Of a stretch of DNA of 64,000 bases, positions 62,990-64,000 are shown in pieces. The first letter of the stretch is position 1, and each line of letters opens with the position of its first letter. The notes below the pieces were generated by a model. It ran no database searches, was not told the DNA's origin, and saw only the letters and a list, made by a program, of their open reading frames with translations. The DNA is from Rhizophagus irregularis (Eukaryota), in assembly GCF_026210795.1 (NCBI RefSeq), contig NC_089436.1:496001-560000 (forward strand), read 5' to 3'. Both the position numbers and the translations under genes were made by a program.

Positions 62990-64000
62990 CAAAATTTGAA
63001 ATTTTTTTTTGAGTTGCAAAGTTGCACTTATTATACAATTAGAGATTTGTAAAAAAAAATATTCTAAACATATATTTCATAAACAAAATGTCTATAATAC
63101 TATTTATAATTTATGTCAGAATAATAAAGATAAAAAATCTAACTCTATATTATTTCTTAATCTTTTATTTAAAAGAATCCATATTGAAAAGTTTTTATTC
63201 ATCATACTGGTAATAAAAATCACCTATCAAATATATTTTGAATGTTTTTCAATTAACAAGAATTGTATAAAGAATCCCACTTACTATTAAGATAGGTCAT
63301 CTTATAGCCCAGAGATAATAATTGCATAATTTTACATTAAATGTATAAATTATGCAATAATATATAATTTAGATTTATTGCATCATAAAATTACATAATT
63401 TGAATTCTTTCTATATTGGAACATATAATGCCATAATCTGCAATAAATTGATTTTAATTTATTGCTAATTAAATATTCATTACATGACTAATTTATAGAT
63501 TATTAATTACAATCTCTTTTTTTTCTTACAATGCCAAAAAAATAAAAAATCATATCAGTTTATATTAAATATAATGAATATGAAAACATTTTTTAAGTTG
63601 ATGACAATATTTTCTTTTGTAATTATTGCAATATTTTTGTAAAATGAAAGCATAAATCTGTTGTAAATAATTATTATAATAATCAAAAATATATTTCTAA
63701 TGTAAAAAGCTATAAAAAAAAGTAATAAACTGTAGCAACTTATCTTTTCCTCTACTTAAACAGCTGCTGAATCAAAAAAAAACTTATAAAAGACTTTATA
63801 AAGCATTTCTGGTAGCAGATATTTCTCTTGAAAAAGTCAATTTACTTTTTCCATTTTTTAAAAAATACATTAAAAATAGAAGTTCTATTCTTCAAACTCC
63901 TACTCTCAGGTAAAATTACCTACCTAGTATTTTTGATGAATACTTTCAGTCATTTAAATTACTTTTTGAAAACCTATATCTATAATTATGGATGAAATCA
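62990..64000 (+). pseudogene. Second, more decayed FAR1/MULE transposase remnant
   Basis: KKKYSKHIFHKQNVYNTIYNL and VFIHHTGNK..LSNIF*MF..QELYK resemble FAR1-related linker and MULE-proximal motifs. CpG essentially absent. Confidence 0.5.

Noticed and set aside
1..64000. tRNA or rRNA genes
   Set aside because: No cloverleaf or rRNA-like segment recognised by eye; tRNAscan-SE and Infernal would be needed to exclude them formally.

Overview
Very AT-rich eukaryotic genomic DNA with short GT-AG introns. The gene families seen (expanded tyrosine-kinase-like kinases with an N-terminal CxxC-x9-CxxC motif, a Crinkler-type nuclease remnant, a BTB protein, FAR1/MULE transposases, a small secreted Cys-rich protein) point to an arbuscular mycorrhizal fungus (Glomeromycotina, Rhizophagus-like). 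This assignment is inferred from family recognition, not from a search. Likely intact genes: a TKL kinase with a micro-exon tail (83-2625), a pseudokinase-kinase tandem (3382-5997), an orphan triple Zn-ribbon acidic protein (29316-30178), a long coiled-coil protein (35628-37856), an SxIP/coiled-coil protein (42631-43353, minus), a secreted Cys-rich effector candidate (45247-45820, minus) and a BTB protein (54891-55457). The rest consists of pseudogenes, many MITE/foldback elements from several families, a cluster of unrelated tandem repeats including a modular array of about 26 units at 30.5-32.6 kb, and a heavily C-to-T decayed MULE transposase (58-61 kb) interrupted by a young 522-bp palindrome. 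Exon boundaries were read by eye and are not transcript-validated.
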